A stretch of 64,000 nucleotides of DNA, from assembly GCF_009914755.1 (NCBI RefSeq), contig NC_060943.1; one strand, given 5' to 3'. Shown here one piece after another: positions 1-29,494 of this stretch. A program made the translations under genes and the position numbers. The notes below the pieces were generated by a model. That model did not search any database. It was not told where the DNA came from and worked only from the letters and a program-made list of their open reading frames with translations. Each line of letters opens with the position of its first letter. The first letter of the stretch is position 1. The DNA comes from the human T2T-CHM13v2.0 reference genome, Homo sapiens.

Positions 1-51
1 TTTGGAGATGGCTGGAGGGTCCCGGAAGTGCACAGCCTCCCTCCGCCCCAG

Positions 52-225
52 CCAAGGGGCAGGAGCTGGACCCTGTGGTAGGGCAGAGGCCTGTCCCAAG
101 CCCGGACGACCACGTGCAATGGCCCTACACCAACGCAGTGCTGCTGGAGATCCAGCGCTTCATCAGCGTGGTGCCGCGCACCCTCACCCTCGACACCCAC
201 CTGCACAGCCACTGTCTGGCCAAAG
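52..225 (+). pseudogene. CYP2T3P: CYP2T-subfamily pseudogene, exon 7 remnant (K-helix ExxR region)
   Basis: After the acceptor ccccAG (50-51) it reads AKGQELDPVVGQRPVPSPDDHVQWPYTNAVLLEIQRFISVVPRTLTLDTHLHSHCLAK, followed by GT at 226-227. This matches CYP2 exon 7 (PYTxAVxxEIQR) but lacks the usual LGLP-type residues after VVP. The name comes from the known cluster order CYP2F1-CYP2T3P-CYP2S1. I saw no exon 8 or 9 downstream. Confidence 0.8.
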
Positions 226-782
226 GTGCCCACTGAGTCTGGAGATCCTGTGTGGGGCCCCGATGCATGAGCGTATTCCGAGATCAGCCAGAATCGGCAG
301 GTGTGCGCTGTGCAGACCCAAACACAATCAGTTACCCCTGGAGCAGGAAAGTAGACCCGCCTTCCCTTCAGCATTTTTTTTTTTTTTTTGAGATGGCATG
401 ATCTCGGCTCACTGCAACCTCCACCTCCCCAATACAAGTAATTCTCCTGCCTCAGCCTCCCTAGTAGCTGGGATAACAGGCACCCACCACCACGCCTGTC
501 TAATTTTTGTATTTTTAGTAGAGACGGGGTTTCACCATGTTGGCCAGGCTGGTCTCAAACTCCTGACCTCAAGTGATCCATCCTTCTCGGCCTCCCAGAG
601 TGCTGGGATTACAGGCGTGAGCTACCCACCCAGCCTATTCCCTTGGGCTTTTAAAAAGCCATTTCGGCCAGGCTGGTCCTGAACTCCTGCCCTCATGTCG
701 GCCAGGCTGGTCCTGATCTTCCCACCTCGGTCTCCCAAAGTGCTGGGATTACAGGTGTGAGCCACCGTCCATGGCCCATGAT

Positions 783-1055
783 GTTGTTTTGAAGACTCAG
801 TGAGGACATGTGTGTACTAGACCTGGCACACAAGAGTTGGTCAAATACATTTACTGCTCCCCACCCTTCTAATAAACCAAATGCAGCTGTGGGATAGTAG
901 GGGGAGGCACTGGGATAGCTAAGCAGGGAGGGGATCCTGGGGCTCCAGGGATGGGCAGAGACTCAGATGCTCAGATCTGGTATGGAGCCCCATGACTGAA
1001 CCCCACTGAGATTTTGGGTTCTTTAATACAACAGTGAACCTTTCAATGACCATGA
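783..1055 (+). repeat. Local ~275-bp duplicon, copy 1 (paralog at 3870-4145)
   Basis: gttgttttgaagact...caagagttggtcaaatacatttactgctccccacccttctaataaaccaaatgcagc...gggttctttaataca is shared with 3870-4145, with scattered mismatches. Confidence 0.92.
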
Positions 1056-2298
1056 AGGTGTCTCAGCCTCCTGAGTAGCTGGGATTACAGGCGCATGCCA
1101 CCATGCCTAGCTAATTTTTGTATTTTTAGTAGAGACGGGGTTTCACCGTGTTGGCCAGGCTGGTCTCGAACTCCTGACCTCAAGCAATCCACCCGCCTCG
1201 GCCTCCCAAAGTGCTGGGATTACAGGCATGAACCACCACACCTGGCCAAGACTCCAACTCTTAAACAAACAAAAAGACACTCATATTGGATTCAAGCCCA
1301 GCTAATGACCTCATCTTAGCTTGATCATCTGCAAAGACCCTTTCCCCAAATAATATCACATTCACAGGTCCTGGGGTTGAAGATTTCAATATCTTTTGGG
1401 AGCACAAAATTCAAAGTATAACAATGATGGAGATGTAGAGAAATGGACATGTTCCAAAGACATTTAGGAGGCAAAATCAATGACTCAGGGATGGGTTGCT
1501 TATGGCCAGTCGGGGAAAGAAATGTGTTGAGCATGAACCTGGAACAATGGAACAGATGGAAATTTTCTTAGTAGAGATGGGGTTTCACCATCTTGGCTAG
1601 GCTGGTCTCAAACTCCTGACCTCAAGTGATCAGCCTGCCTCAGCCTCCCAAAGTGCTGGGATTACAGGCATGAGCCAAACACTCCTGGCCTCAGATGGAA
1701 AATTTCCAAACACACACAGGGCTGGGGGCTGCTGTGGTCTTGCCAACTGCTCCAGGCATGCATGTTGGGGGCCACAGCATCCCTGTCCGTGGGGATGTCA
1801 TCCAGAACAGTCCCTGCCCCTGGAAAGGTGGAAACTGCAAGAGGCACCCCCATTACAGACTGAATCCAGGAACCTTACAACGAATATTTGAAACTTAAAA
1901 ATAGAGACTCTTAGCGCTGTGGGATCATAAACTTATAGAATAATAATGGTTAACATTTACAGAGCCCATCTAGATCTGAGCATTGCACTGTGCAATTTAC
2001 ATTTATGACCTTATTTAACCCTCCCATTGCCTTCCAAGTCAGAGATCCCCATTCTCTAAATAAGGAATAGCTCAGAGGGAGAATGGTCTCTGGGATCTCC
2101 AGGGTTAGAAAGTGACAGATTTGGGCCAAGCACAGTGCTCATGCCTGTAATCCCAGCACTTTGGGAAGCCGAGGCGGGCAGATCACTTGAGGCCAGGAGT
2201 TCAAGACCAGCCTGGCCAACATGGTGAAACCCCATCTCTACTAAAAATACAAAAATTAGCCAGGCATGGTGGCGCACGCCTGTAGTCTCAGCTACTCA

Positions 2299-2490
<192 letters not shown>

Positions 2491-2598
2491 TCAACAACAG
2501 TCACAGCAAGAATGCTCTCATTACAGGCCAGGCATGGTGGCTCACACCTGTAATCCCAGCACTTTGGGAGGCTGAGGCAGGCAGATCACTTGAGGTCA

Positions 2599-2856
<258 letters not shown>

Positions 2857-3199
2857 CTAAATATTTGACAGGCATTGTACAGCTTGGCCCCCATTTCACA
2901 GATGAAGAAACCGAGGCTCAGAGATGCTAAGCCATTTTCCCAAAGTCACCAGCAAGTAGAATGCCCAAGGTGTGGCTTGAATCCAAGACTGTTGTCTCTC
3001 TCCAAAGTCCACCTCAGAGCAGTGGAAGGGACCACCTCACCTACCCTGACACTTGAAGATGAAAGAAGTGTGGACCACAGAAGGAAAGACCTCATGCAAG
3101 ATCCACAGCAAACCATGGCCAAGGGAACTGGGATGGCAATGGGGAAGAAGTAGAGCTCTTGCATCAGAGCCCTGTATCTGAGCCAAGGGTGGTGGCTCA

Positions 3200-3690
<491 letters not shown>

Positions 3691-3869
3691 TGAGTAGCTG
3701 GGATTACAGGCATGCGCCACACCTGGCTAATTTTTGTATTTTTAGTAGAGATGGGGTTTCGCCATGTTGGCCAGGCTGGTCTGGAACTCCTGACCTCACG
3801 TGATCTGCCTGCCTCGGCCTCCCAAAGTGCTGGGATTACAAGTGTGAGCCACCGTGCCCCACCCACAGG

Positions 3870-4145
3870 GTTGTTTTGAAGACTTAGTGAGGACATGTGT
3901 GTCCTAGACCTGGTACACAAGAGTTGGTCAAATACATTTACTGCTCCCCACCCTTCTAATAAACCAAATGCAGCACTGGGATGTCGGGGGGAGGCACAGG
4001 GATAGCTGAGCAAGGAGGGGATCCTGGGGCTCCAGAGGCAGGCGGGGGACTCAGATGCTCAGATCTGATATGGAGCCCCATGACTGTGAACCCCACTGAG
4101 GTTTTGGGTTCTTTAATACAATAGTTAACCCTTCCTTGACTATGA
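3870..4145 (+). repeat. Local ~275-bp duplicon, copy 2
   Basis: Aligns by eye to 783-1055. Both copies follow the 5' end of a minus-strand Alu. Confidence 0.92.
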
Positions 4146-5331
4146 CACCCAGGAGCCATCCTAGCCTAGCCCTTGGACTCCATCTGGTGCCAGAATGGCC
4201 CAGGGCTTGGATATCTCAAAATATCAGCTGACAACAGGTCAGTAAATATTCTGAGAAAATGAAAAATGGACAACCTGAACCCCAAGCCTTGCTTCCGCCT
4301 GAACGCTGACCCAGACTTCGGTCACATTCTGAGACCAGATTCCTGGTCACTCAGTGAGCACTGGACCTGGACCACCCATCCAAGCTACTGACTCCACGCT
4401 GATCCTGGCCACAGCGTGAGCCATGAAAGGCACCTCAGGGAGAAGGAACAGCAAGAGGAAAGGGCAGGAGGCTTGGAACTGTGTTGTGTTTGGCTAGAGG
4501 TAACAAGAGAAAAAGTTTAGCCCAGAGGGTCCATCGGGGAAAATTTTGGGACATGGACCATGAGAGGTCCTTTGGATTCTTAGAAATATCTCTGAATGTC
4601 CCACCAAGGAGTTTTGACTTTTTCCTAGGGCCTTTGGAACCACAGGAGATTTAAAGTAGGGGAAGTCACAATCAAATCTGTGCTGTAGAAAAATCACTCT
4701 GAAACCAGACACGGTGGCTAATGCCTGTAATCCCAGCCTGGGTGACATAGCGAGACCACGTCTCTACAAAAAATAAGAAAATTAGCTAGGGGTGGTAGCA
4801 TGAGCCTGTAGCCCCGGCTACTCAGGAGACTAAGGCAGGAGGATCGCTTGAGCCCAGGAGTTCGAAGCTGTAGTGAGCTGTGATTGCACCACTGCACTCC
4901 AGCCTGATTGACAGAGCGAGACCCTGTCAAAGAAAAAAGAAAGAAAGGAAAAGGAAGGAAAGAAGGAAGGAAGGAAGGGAGGGAGGGAGGGAGGGAGGGA
5001 CAGAGGGAATCTCTGGACCTTGAGGGGAATCCACAGAACTGGATCTGCTGACAGATGTTGGCTAAGTTACCAATGGCTCATGGGAACAAGGATATCTATC
5101 AGGACATCTACAGGAAAACAGCCTGAAAAATGTCCATATTAATTAAGGTAAAGACCAGGTTGTTGTAACCAACAGATCCCAAAATGCAATCATTCAAATA
5201 AAATACAAGTTTCTTTCTTTCTTTTGTGTCCCTCTTGAAGTAGACAGTTAGTCCAGCACTGCAAGGTGGTTCCCCTCCTTGTGGTCAATCATGGACCCAG
5301 ATTCCTTCAAACTCGTTGCTCTGCTATAGTT

Positions 5332-5670
5332 CAGTGGTTCTCAAAGTGCAGCCTCCAGACCTGCAGCATCAGCATCACCTTGGAACTTTTTTTTTTTTTT
5401 TTTTTAGACAGACAGGGTCTTGCTCTGTCACCCAGGCTGGAATGCAGTTATGCGATATCAGCTCACTCCAGCCTCAACCTCCTGCACCCAAGCAATCCTA
5501 CTGCCTTAGCCTCCCAAGTAGCCAGGACTATAGGCATGCACCACACATCCAGCTATCTGAAACTTGCTAAAAACTCAAATTCTTAAACCCCACCCCAGAC
5601 CTACTGAATCAGAAACCCAAAACCTGTGTTTTAACAAGGCCTGCAGGCAATTCTGAGGCATGTTCTCAGC
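5332..5670. mobile_element. MER5A-like hAT DNA-transposon relic interrupted by an Alu fragment
   Basis: cagtggttctcaaagtg...cagcatcagcatcacc...ccccaccccagacctactgaatcagaaac...tgtgttttaacaag resembles the recalled MER5A consensus. Confidence 0.7.
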
Positions 5671-5787
5671 AGAGCATCACTACCCTACAGTATTATCATG
5701 ATCTTCATGGTCAAAGAGCAGAAGGTTTTGTACAGCTTTTCCCCCCTTTTTTCTTTTCTTTTTTTTTTTTTTTTTTTTTTTTTTTGA

Positions 5788-5943
<156 letters not shown>

Positions 5944-6004
5944 TAGTAGAGATGGGGTTTCTCCATGTTGGTCAGGCTGGTCTCAAACTCCTGACCTCAG
6001 GTGA

Positions 6005-6493
<489 letters not shown>

Positions 6494-7034
6494 TGAATTT
6501 TGGGCACACAACATGGGTTACGAGGGTGAGGGAGTCCAGTCTAGCATAATGGTGAGTAAGATGGGTCCTGGAGACAGGCTACCTTATTTTAAATCCCAAA
6601 TGTGTGACTTTCCACAAGTAACATCTCCTTGAGCCTCAGTTCCCTCTTCCATAACAGGGGAATCATGACAGTATTATCTGTCTCATGGTGTTGCTATGAG
6701 AATTCATGGTGTTATGTCCCTGACACGTAACAAGCCCTCAAGTGTTAGTTTAATATTAGTCTTAACATTTTAAGGTTGATAGGAGTGTCTTTTTGTGCCA
6801 AGCCTTGCGTTAAAGGATTTTCTACAGTATCACATTGAATCCTCATGGTGTATCCATCATGATTGCTGTATGTTATACAGAGATAGGTTTTGTTAAAATA
6901 CTCATTTTATAAAGGAGGAAACTGAAGGGCAGACTGGTGAAGTCATTTATATATATCAAAGGAAATATAGATTGTAGGTGCTGGAACTGGAATTCTAACT
7001 CAGGTATGATTGACGTAGCCTCAAGTCTTCATCA

Positions 7035-7396
<362 letters not shown>

Positions 7397-7477
7397 TCAG
7401 GTAGTAAAAGGTCTCAACTAGGCAGTGGCAGAGCAGGATTCAAATTCAGGGCTGTTGTGATGCCTCCGCAGACTCTG

Positions 7478-7491
7478 AGCGCCACCTGGTG
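7478..7491 (-). promoter_or_regulatory. Strong CTCF motif (CACCAGGTGGCGCT), candidate insulator
   Basis: The plus strand reads AGCGCCACCTGGTG, the reverse complement of a near-consensus CTCF core. The flanking 7307-7572 matches my recollection of the A2 insulator fragment used in vectors. Confidence 0.85.
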
Positions 7492-7577
7492 GTAATTTGT
7501 CTGTGCCTCTTCTGACGTGGAAGAACAGCAACTAACACACTAACACGGCATTTACTATGGGCCAGCCATTGTTCTAA

Positions 7578-7853
<276 letters not shown>

Positions 7854-8009
7854 TGATCTACCTGCCTTGGCCTCCCAAAGTGCTGGGATTACAGGTATGA
7901 GCCACCACGCCCGGCCCATTTAATTTAAATTAATTTATTTAATCCCTCCCCTTAACAACCCGCTAAAGCAGGTAAGTTGTAATCGGCACCCCTTCCACTT
8001 TTCACCCTT

Positions 8010-9120
<1,111 letters not shown>

Positions 9121-10229
9121 ACTTTTTACTTTTATTTGAAAAAACTGTTTTATTTGTGGATGATATCAAACATACACAAGAGTAGATATAAGACTACATG
9201 CAGCCGGGCGCAGTGGCTCACACCTATAATCCTAGCACTTTGGGAGACCAAAGTAGGCAGATCACTTGAGGTCAGGATTTCGAGACCAGCCTGGCCAACA
9301 TGATGAAACTCCGTCTCTACTAAAAATACACAAATAATTTGGGTGCAGTGGCACGTGCCTGTAATCCCAGCTACTCGAGAGGCTGAGGCATGAGAATCGC
9401 TTGACCCCGGGAGTCAGAGGTTGCAGTGAACCGAGAACGCGCCACTGCACTCCAGCCTGGGTGATACAGTGAGGCTCAGTCTCAAAACAAAACAAAGAAA
9501 AGTATATCCATCACCCAGCTTCAACAATGATCAACTCATGGCCAATCTTGTTTCATCTGTGCTCCCAACAACCTCCTTCCCCAACTCCCCAAAAATTGGG
9601 ATTATTTTGAAGCAAAGCCCAGACCTCGCATAAATTCACCTATAAATGTTTTCACCACATATCTCTAAAATTATCCCATTTTACCACTGGGGAAACTGAG
9701 GCATGAAGAAATCACATAACTTAATCAAGGTCACTTTTCTGATAGGAGTTCAGAGCCAGGATCAAAGCCCAGCTCTCTGGTTCTAGAGCCCTTGCCTTTG
9801 ACTGTCTTGATGCCTCTGGAATCTTAGATGAGAGTCTTTTTTTTTTTTTTTTTTTTGGAAAGACAGGGTCTCACTGTATTGCATAATCTTGGCTCACTGC
9901 AACCTCCACCTCCCAGTTTCAAGCGATTCTCCTGCCTCAGCCTCCTGAGCAGCTCAGATTACAGGCACCAGACACCACACCTGGCTAATTGTTTGTGTTT
10001 TTAGTAGAGATGGGGTTTTGCCATGCTGGCCAGGCTGGTCTCAAACTCCTGACCTCAAGTGAGCCACCCGCCTCGGCCTCCCAAAGTGCTGGGATTACAA
10101 GCATGAGCCACCATGCCTGGATGCCTATATCTATTATGGACATGTCTCAGTAAGCTGTGTGCTTAAAAGCTTTGCATTCTACTGTATGTAGGTGATACCT
10201 AAAAATGAAGGCAAAGGAGAACAGATTAA

Positions 10230-21487
<11,258 letters not shown>

Positions 21488-21719
21488 TCAGAGGAAATCA
21501 AGTTCTCATTAAGGGCCACATTAAGGTTCATAAAGAACCTTTGGGCCAGGCGTGTTAGCTCATGCCTGTAATCCCAGCACTTTGGGAGGCCGAGGTGGGC
21601 AGATCGCTTGAGGCTAGGAGTTTGGAACCAACCTGACCAACATGATAAAACCCCATCTCTACTAAAAATACAAAAATTAGCCAGGCATGGTGGCAGGTGC
21701 CTGTTATCCCAGTTACTCA

Positions 21720-22330
<611 letters not shown>

Positions 22331-22351
22331 TGGCCCTACTTCTGCCAATGA

Positions 22352-22674
<323 letters not shown>

Positions 22675-22860
22675 TAGCATCTTAATAAAGAACAATAAAT
22701 TTGTTTGGGAGGCTGAGGCAGGAGAATCGCTTGAACCCAGGAGGCGGAGTTTACAGTGAACCAAGATCATGACACTGCACTCCAGCCTGGGTGACAGAGT
22801 TGGACTCCAGATCAACACCAACACCAACAACAACAACAAAAAAAAAAAAAAAAAAAAAAA

Positions 22861-23192
22861 GAACAATAAATTTGTAGAGAATGACAAGACACAGGAAAAG
22901 AACTTTTGAGCTTCCGGGCACAGCAAATTGTGGGAAGATAAATATATTGGGCAACTAGTGGAAGATAAGGGCTGGCTCATAAGGTTTGTTATATAGATTC
23001 CCCTCCTGCCATCTGTGGGCTGATAAGAGTCTAGAGATTGTATTGGCTATTAAGAAATCATCCTGCCCTTCTTGGTAGAGAAGGGGAGGGCAGAGTTCTT
23101 TCATGTGTCTGCTTTTTCTCAACTGTCTTCAGCTCAAAATAATGCTTATGCTGGGGTGGCAAATTTGAGGTAACACACTCTCAACCCCTTCA
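22861..23192 (-). mobile_element. MER34-group LTR relic
   Basis: The reverse complement begins tgaagggg...tgccacccc...agcattattttgagctgaagacagttgag, typical of MER34-group LTR 5' ends. Confidence 0.5.
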
Positions 23193-23298
23193 CCCATCAA
23201 TCTAAGGTGACCAGGAACTAACTTGTAGTCTAACAAAGCCAGGTTCACTGACCCATTTCAATGAGGGAGAATGCACACCAGAACCATGGGGCATCTCA

Positions 23299-23433
<135 letters not shown>

Positions 23434-23619
23434 TTAAAAAAAAAAAAAAAAAAAAAAAGTTTTTTAATTAGCCAAGTGTGGTGGTGCACCTGTAATTCCA
23501 GCTACTCAGGAGGCTAAGGCAGGAGGACTGCTTGAGCCCAGGAGTTAGAGGCTGCAGTGAGCCTGTGATTGTGGTGATGGAGTGAGACCCTGTGAAAGAG
23601 GATAAGGGGGCAGTGGGGA

Positions 23620-23880
23620 AGGAAAGGGCTGGGAGGGGAGGGGAGGGGAGGGGAGGAGAGGGGAGGGAGAGGAGAAAGAAAGAAAGAAAAGAAAAGAAAG
23701 GAAAGAAGGAAGGAAGGAAAGAAAGAAGGAAGGAGAGAGAAAGAAAGAAAGAAAAAGAGAAAGAAAGGAAGGAAGGAAGAAAAAGAAAGAAAGAGAAAGA
23801 AAGAAAGAAAGAAAGAGAAACAAAGAAAAGAAAAGAAGGAGAAAAGAGGGAGGAGAGGTAAGGGGAGGGGAGGAGAAGAG
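23620..23880 (+). repeat. Purine-rich low-complexity tract (GGGGA/GAAA/GGAA)
   Basis: About 260 nt of almost only A and G, seen directly. Confidence 0.9.
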
Positions 23881-24939
23881 GTCAGTTCAAGACCAGCCTG
23901 GTCAACAAGGTGAAACCCCATCTCTACTAAAAATACAAAAATTAGCCAGCATGGTGCTGCTAATCCCAGCTACTCAGGAGGCCGAAGCAAGAGAATCACT
24001 TGAACCTAGGAAGCAGAGGTTGCAGTGAGCCGAGATCACGCCACTGCAAACCAACCTGGGTGACAGAGTCAGACTCCGTATCAAAAAAAGAAATGAAATA
24101 AATTAATTAATTAAGTGAAATGAAAATAATTTGTGGATACAAGGAAAAAATTTAAAAATTTTAGAAAAAGAAAATGTTACCTACTTCTCAGTGGTATGTG
24201 AAGATTTAGCAAGACGTGTAGGCAAAGGGCTGAACACAAGTCCTTATAGGACGCCCTTAACAAATATTAGCTATTGTTGTTATCGATATCAGCATTACTT
24301 TCACACAGATATTTTTGATCAACTGAAAGCACCACCCACCTCCACACACATTAACCCAGAGCAATGTATTGTCAGTGCTTGAGAGAAAGGGCTGACTGGG
24401 TGCGGTGGCTCACGCCTGTAATCCCAGCACTTTGGGAGGCCGAGGCAGGCAGATCACCTGAGGTCGGGAGTTCAAGACCAGCCTGACCAACATGTAAAAA
24501 CCCCAACTCTACTAAAAACACAAAATTAGCCAGGTGTGGTGGCACACTACTGTAATCCCAGCTACTCGGGAAGCTGAGGCAGGAGACTCTTTGAACCCGG
24601 GAGGTGGAGGTTGCAGTGAGCTGAGATTGGGCCATTGCACTCCAGCCTGGGAAACAAAAGCAAAACTTCCTCTCAAAAAAAAAAAAGAGAGAGAGAAAGG
24701 GCTTTGTTGCCACAACATGTAAGTTCAGTCCTAGTTCATTTGCTTCCGAGCTGTGTGAACTTAAGCAATTGTGTCATTTTCCTGAGCCTCAGTTTCCTTA
24801 TCTGTAAAGTGGGAATCATATTTCTCTCGGGATTTCTGAGAATTAAATAGAATCATATTATTATTCTCTCTTCCACTCAAGCCATTTCTGTCTCCCTGCT
24901 CCCGCAATTCCTAAACCTTCCCACCTCAGCTACAGCTCA

Positions 24940-24957
24940 CAGCGCCTCCTGGAGGCC
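24940..24957 (-). promoter_or_regulatory. Candidate CTCF motif
   Basis: The reverse complement reads GGCCTCCAGGAGGCGCTG, close to the CTCF consensus, in non-Alu sequence. Confidence 0.55.
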
Positions 24958-25634
24958 CGGAGGGTCTGATCCTTGGAGGGGGCGCAAGAATGGAAGAGTG
25001 GATAAGGGGCAGGGTGCTGGGCTGGAGAGGGCTGGAGAGCCCTGGGATGTTACCTGTTCTCACTGGAGGAGACCAAAGGCACATTTAGCCTGATGGGGGG
25101 TGAGGGGTTGCCCCTGTGCGAGTTATATCTGCATGGGTACTTCTGTGTGTGTTTGTAGGTAAAGGGCAGTTAAAAGTCTGGGATGACTGGAAATCTGGAA
25201 CCTGAAGTCTTTGGAGAATGAAAAAGAGTGGTTGTGCATGAGTCCCTCAGCAGTATAACAGGGGTAGGTTATTCTGAAATATTAGATATAAATATAGAAT
25301 ATGAATATATTAGCATAGATGTACAGATAAATGATGTATACTTATACAATAGAAAGATGATTTAGGGCTGGGCCTGGTGGCTCACGCCTGTAATCCCAGA
25401 ACTTTGAGAGGCCGAGGCAGGCAGATCACCTGAGGTCAGGAGTTTGAGACCAGCCTGGCCAACATGGAGAAACCCCGTCTCCACAAAAAATACAAAAATT
25501 ATCGGCTGGGCGCAGTGGCTCACACCCGTAATCCCAGCACTTTGGGAGGCGGAGGCGGGCACATCACGAGGTCAGGAGATCCAGATCATCCTGGCTAACA
25601 CAGTGAAACCCCGTCTCTACTAAAAATATTTTTA

Positions 25635-25880
<246 letters not shown>

Positions 25881-26274
25881 TCACTTGAACCCAGGAGGCG
25901 GAGGCTGCAGTGAGCTGAGATCAAACGACTGCATTCCACCCTGGGTGACAGAGCGAGACTCCATCTGAAAAAAAAATGATTATTTAGATAGATAATATAG
26001 ATATAAAGATAAATTATATAGACATAAATGGTATATAGATGATTCAAATATAGATGATATAAATATAGTATAGACGTGATATGAATATAGAAATGGATAT
26101 AGATGATACAGACAGGAAAAAGCAGACACATAATTATGTTAATATCTTTAACTACTGGCCGGCGTGGTGGCTCACGCCTGTAATCCCAGCACTTTGGGAG
26201 GCCGAGGTGGGCGGATTATGAAGTCAGGAGATCGAAACCATCCTGGCTACCACGGTGAAACCCCATCTCTACTA

Positions 26275-26502
<228 letters not shown>

Positions 26503-26617
26503 CTAATGTACAGTTTTTATAGAGAAGGCAAGAGACAACTGGGCATGGTGGCTCATGCCTGTAATCTCAGAACTTTGGGAGGCTGAGCCGGGCAGATTGC
26601 TTGGGCCCAGGAGTTCA

Positions 26618-26878
<261 letters not shown>

Positions 26879-27028
26879 TTACTAGTTTTCACAATAATGA
26901 GTTGGTTCCTTAGTGTCCTTCAAAAGTGGCCTGTGAGGTTCGGTTCTTTTGAGTATCAAGATGTTGGCAGAGCACTGTGGCTCACACCTGTAATCCCAGC
27001 ATTTTGGGAGGCCAAGACAGGTGGATCA

Positions 27029-27415
<387 letters not shown>

Positions 27416-27799
27416 TCACTGAATAGTTCACTACACGGCCTAACTGTGGACTCTTATCTATTGCAGAGTCATCGTCATGCAAGCATTCAACATTGATTTA
27501 ACTAGACATAGTGATAAATGTCCAGGCATGGTGGCTCACACCTGTAATCCCAGCACTTTGGGAGGCCGAGGTGGGTGGATCACCTGAGGTCAGGAGTTTG
27601 AGACCAGCCTAGCCAACGTGGCAAAACCCTGTCTCTACTAAAAATACAAAAATTAGCCGGGCATGGTGGCGCGTGCCTGTAATCCCAGCTACTAGGGGGG
27701 CTGAGCAGGAGGATCACTTGAACCTGGGAGGCAGAGGTTGCAGTAAGCTGAGATCACGCTACTGTACTCCAGCCTGGGCGACAGAGTGAGACTCCAAAA

Positions 27800-27842
27800 A
27801 AACAAAGGAAGGAAAGAAGAAAGAAAAGAGAGAGAGACAGAG

Positions 27843-27908
<66 letters not shown>

Positions 27909-27957
27909 GGAGGGAGGGAGGGAGGGAGGGAGGGAGGGAGGGAGGGAGGGAGGGAAG
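27800..27957 (+). repeat. (GAAA)n(GGGA)n microsatellite derived from an Alu tail
   Basis: Seen directly, immediately after the Alu at ~27521-27796. Confidence 0.9.
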
Positions 27958-28088
27958 CTAAACAGAGCAACTGTGGGAGAGGAAGAAAATGAGCACTAAA
28001 GGGAGTTCTCCCCAAAGGTTTCCCAAAGTCTGCTTCTTGGAGGAATTCTATACAAGACTGAGGTCCCTAAATCTCCTAGATCCAGGCA

Positions 28089-28877
28089 TAGTAGGCTGAA
28101 TAACGCCACCCCACCCCGCCCGAAGATGTCCACACCCTAATGCTCAGAACCTGCGAACACATTCCCCGACATGGTAAATGAGGTTTTGCGGAAGTGATTA
28201 AGGATCTTGAGATGGAAGGGTCATTCTGGATTAGCTAGTGGACCCAAGGTAATCACAAGCATCCTTCTAACAGGAGAGCAGAAAGGTCACAGTCAGGCTG
28301 GGCACGGTGACTCACGCCTGTAATCCCAGCACTTTGTAAGGCGAAGGTGGGCGGATCACCTGAGGTCAGGAGTTCGAGACCAGCCTGGCCAACATGGTAA
28401 AACCCTGTCTCTACTAAAAATACAGAAATTAGCCAGTGTGGTGGCGTGTGCCTGTAGTCCCAGCTACTCAAATGGCTGAGGCACAAGGATCACTTGAACC
28501 TGGGAGGTGGAGGCTGCAGTGAGCCAAGATTGTGCTATTGCATTCCAGCCTGGGTGACAGAGCAAGACTGCATCTCAAAAAAAAAAAAAAAGAAAGAAAG
28601 GTCAGAGTCAGAGAAGATGTGACCACTGAAGCAGAGACTGGAGTGATGCAGTCAGAAGCCACGGCATGGAGGCAGCCTCCAGAGGCTGGGAGAAAAAAGT
28701 GACAGATTCTCCACTGAAACCTCCAGAAGGATCCAGCCCTGCTGACACTTGACTTTAGCCCGTTAAGGTTAGCTTCAGACTTCTGACCTCCAGAACTGTA
28801 AGATAATAAATCTGTGTTGATTTACACCACTAAGTTTGTGGAAATTTGTTAATGGCAGCAATAGAAAAATAATAACA
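28089..28877 (+). mobile_element. MLT1 (MLT1D-like) MaLR LTR with an Alu insertion
   Basis: gtaggctgaataa...aagatgtccac...gtgattaaggatcttgagatgg...cagacttctgacctccagaactgtaagataataaat...gcagcaatagaaa. The Alu is flanked by agaaaggtca(c/g)agtca. Confidence 0.8.
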
Positions 28878-29207
28878 CCATCGGCCGGGTGCAGCGGTTC
28901 ACGCCTGTAATCCCACCACTTTGGGAGGCCAAGGTGGGCAGATCATTTGAAGCCACGAGTTCGAGACCAGCCTGGCCAACACGGTGAAACCCTGTCTCTA
29001 CTAAAAATACAAAAATCAGCCCAGTGTGATGGTGCATGCCTGTAGTCCCGGCTACTCGGGAGGCTGAGACAAAGGATCCCCTGAACCCAGGAGGTGGAGG
29101 TTGCAGTGAGCTGATCCCAAAGTGCTGGGATTACAGGCGTGAGCCACCGCGCCCAGACCCCTGTTTTTTTTCGTTTGTTTGTTTGTTTGTTTGTTTGTTT
29201 GTTTTGA

Positions 29208-29330
<123 letters not shown>

Positions 29331-29386
29331 TGATTACAGGCATGAGCCACTGTGCCTGGCCTATTTATTTATTTATTTATTTCTAA

Positions 29387-29494
<108 letters not shown>

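Noticed and set aside
2-391. 129-aa ORF at the window start
   Set aside because: It is in a different frame from the CYP2 exon-7 remnant, starts at a non-ATG codon and runs into an Alu tail.
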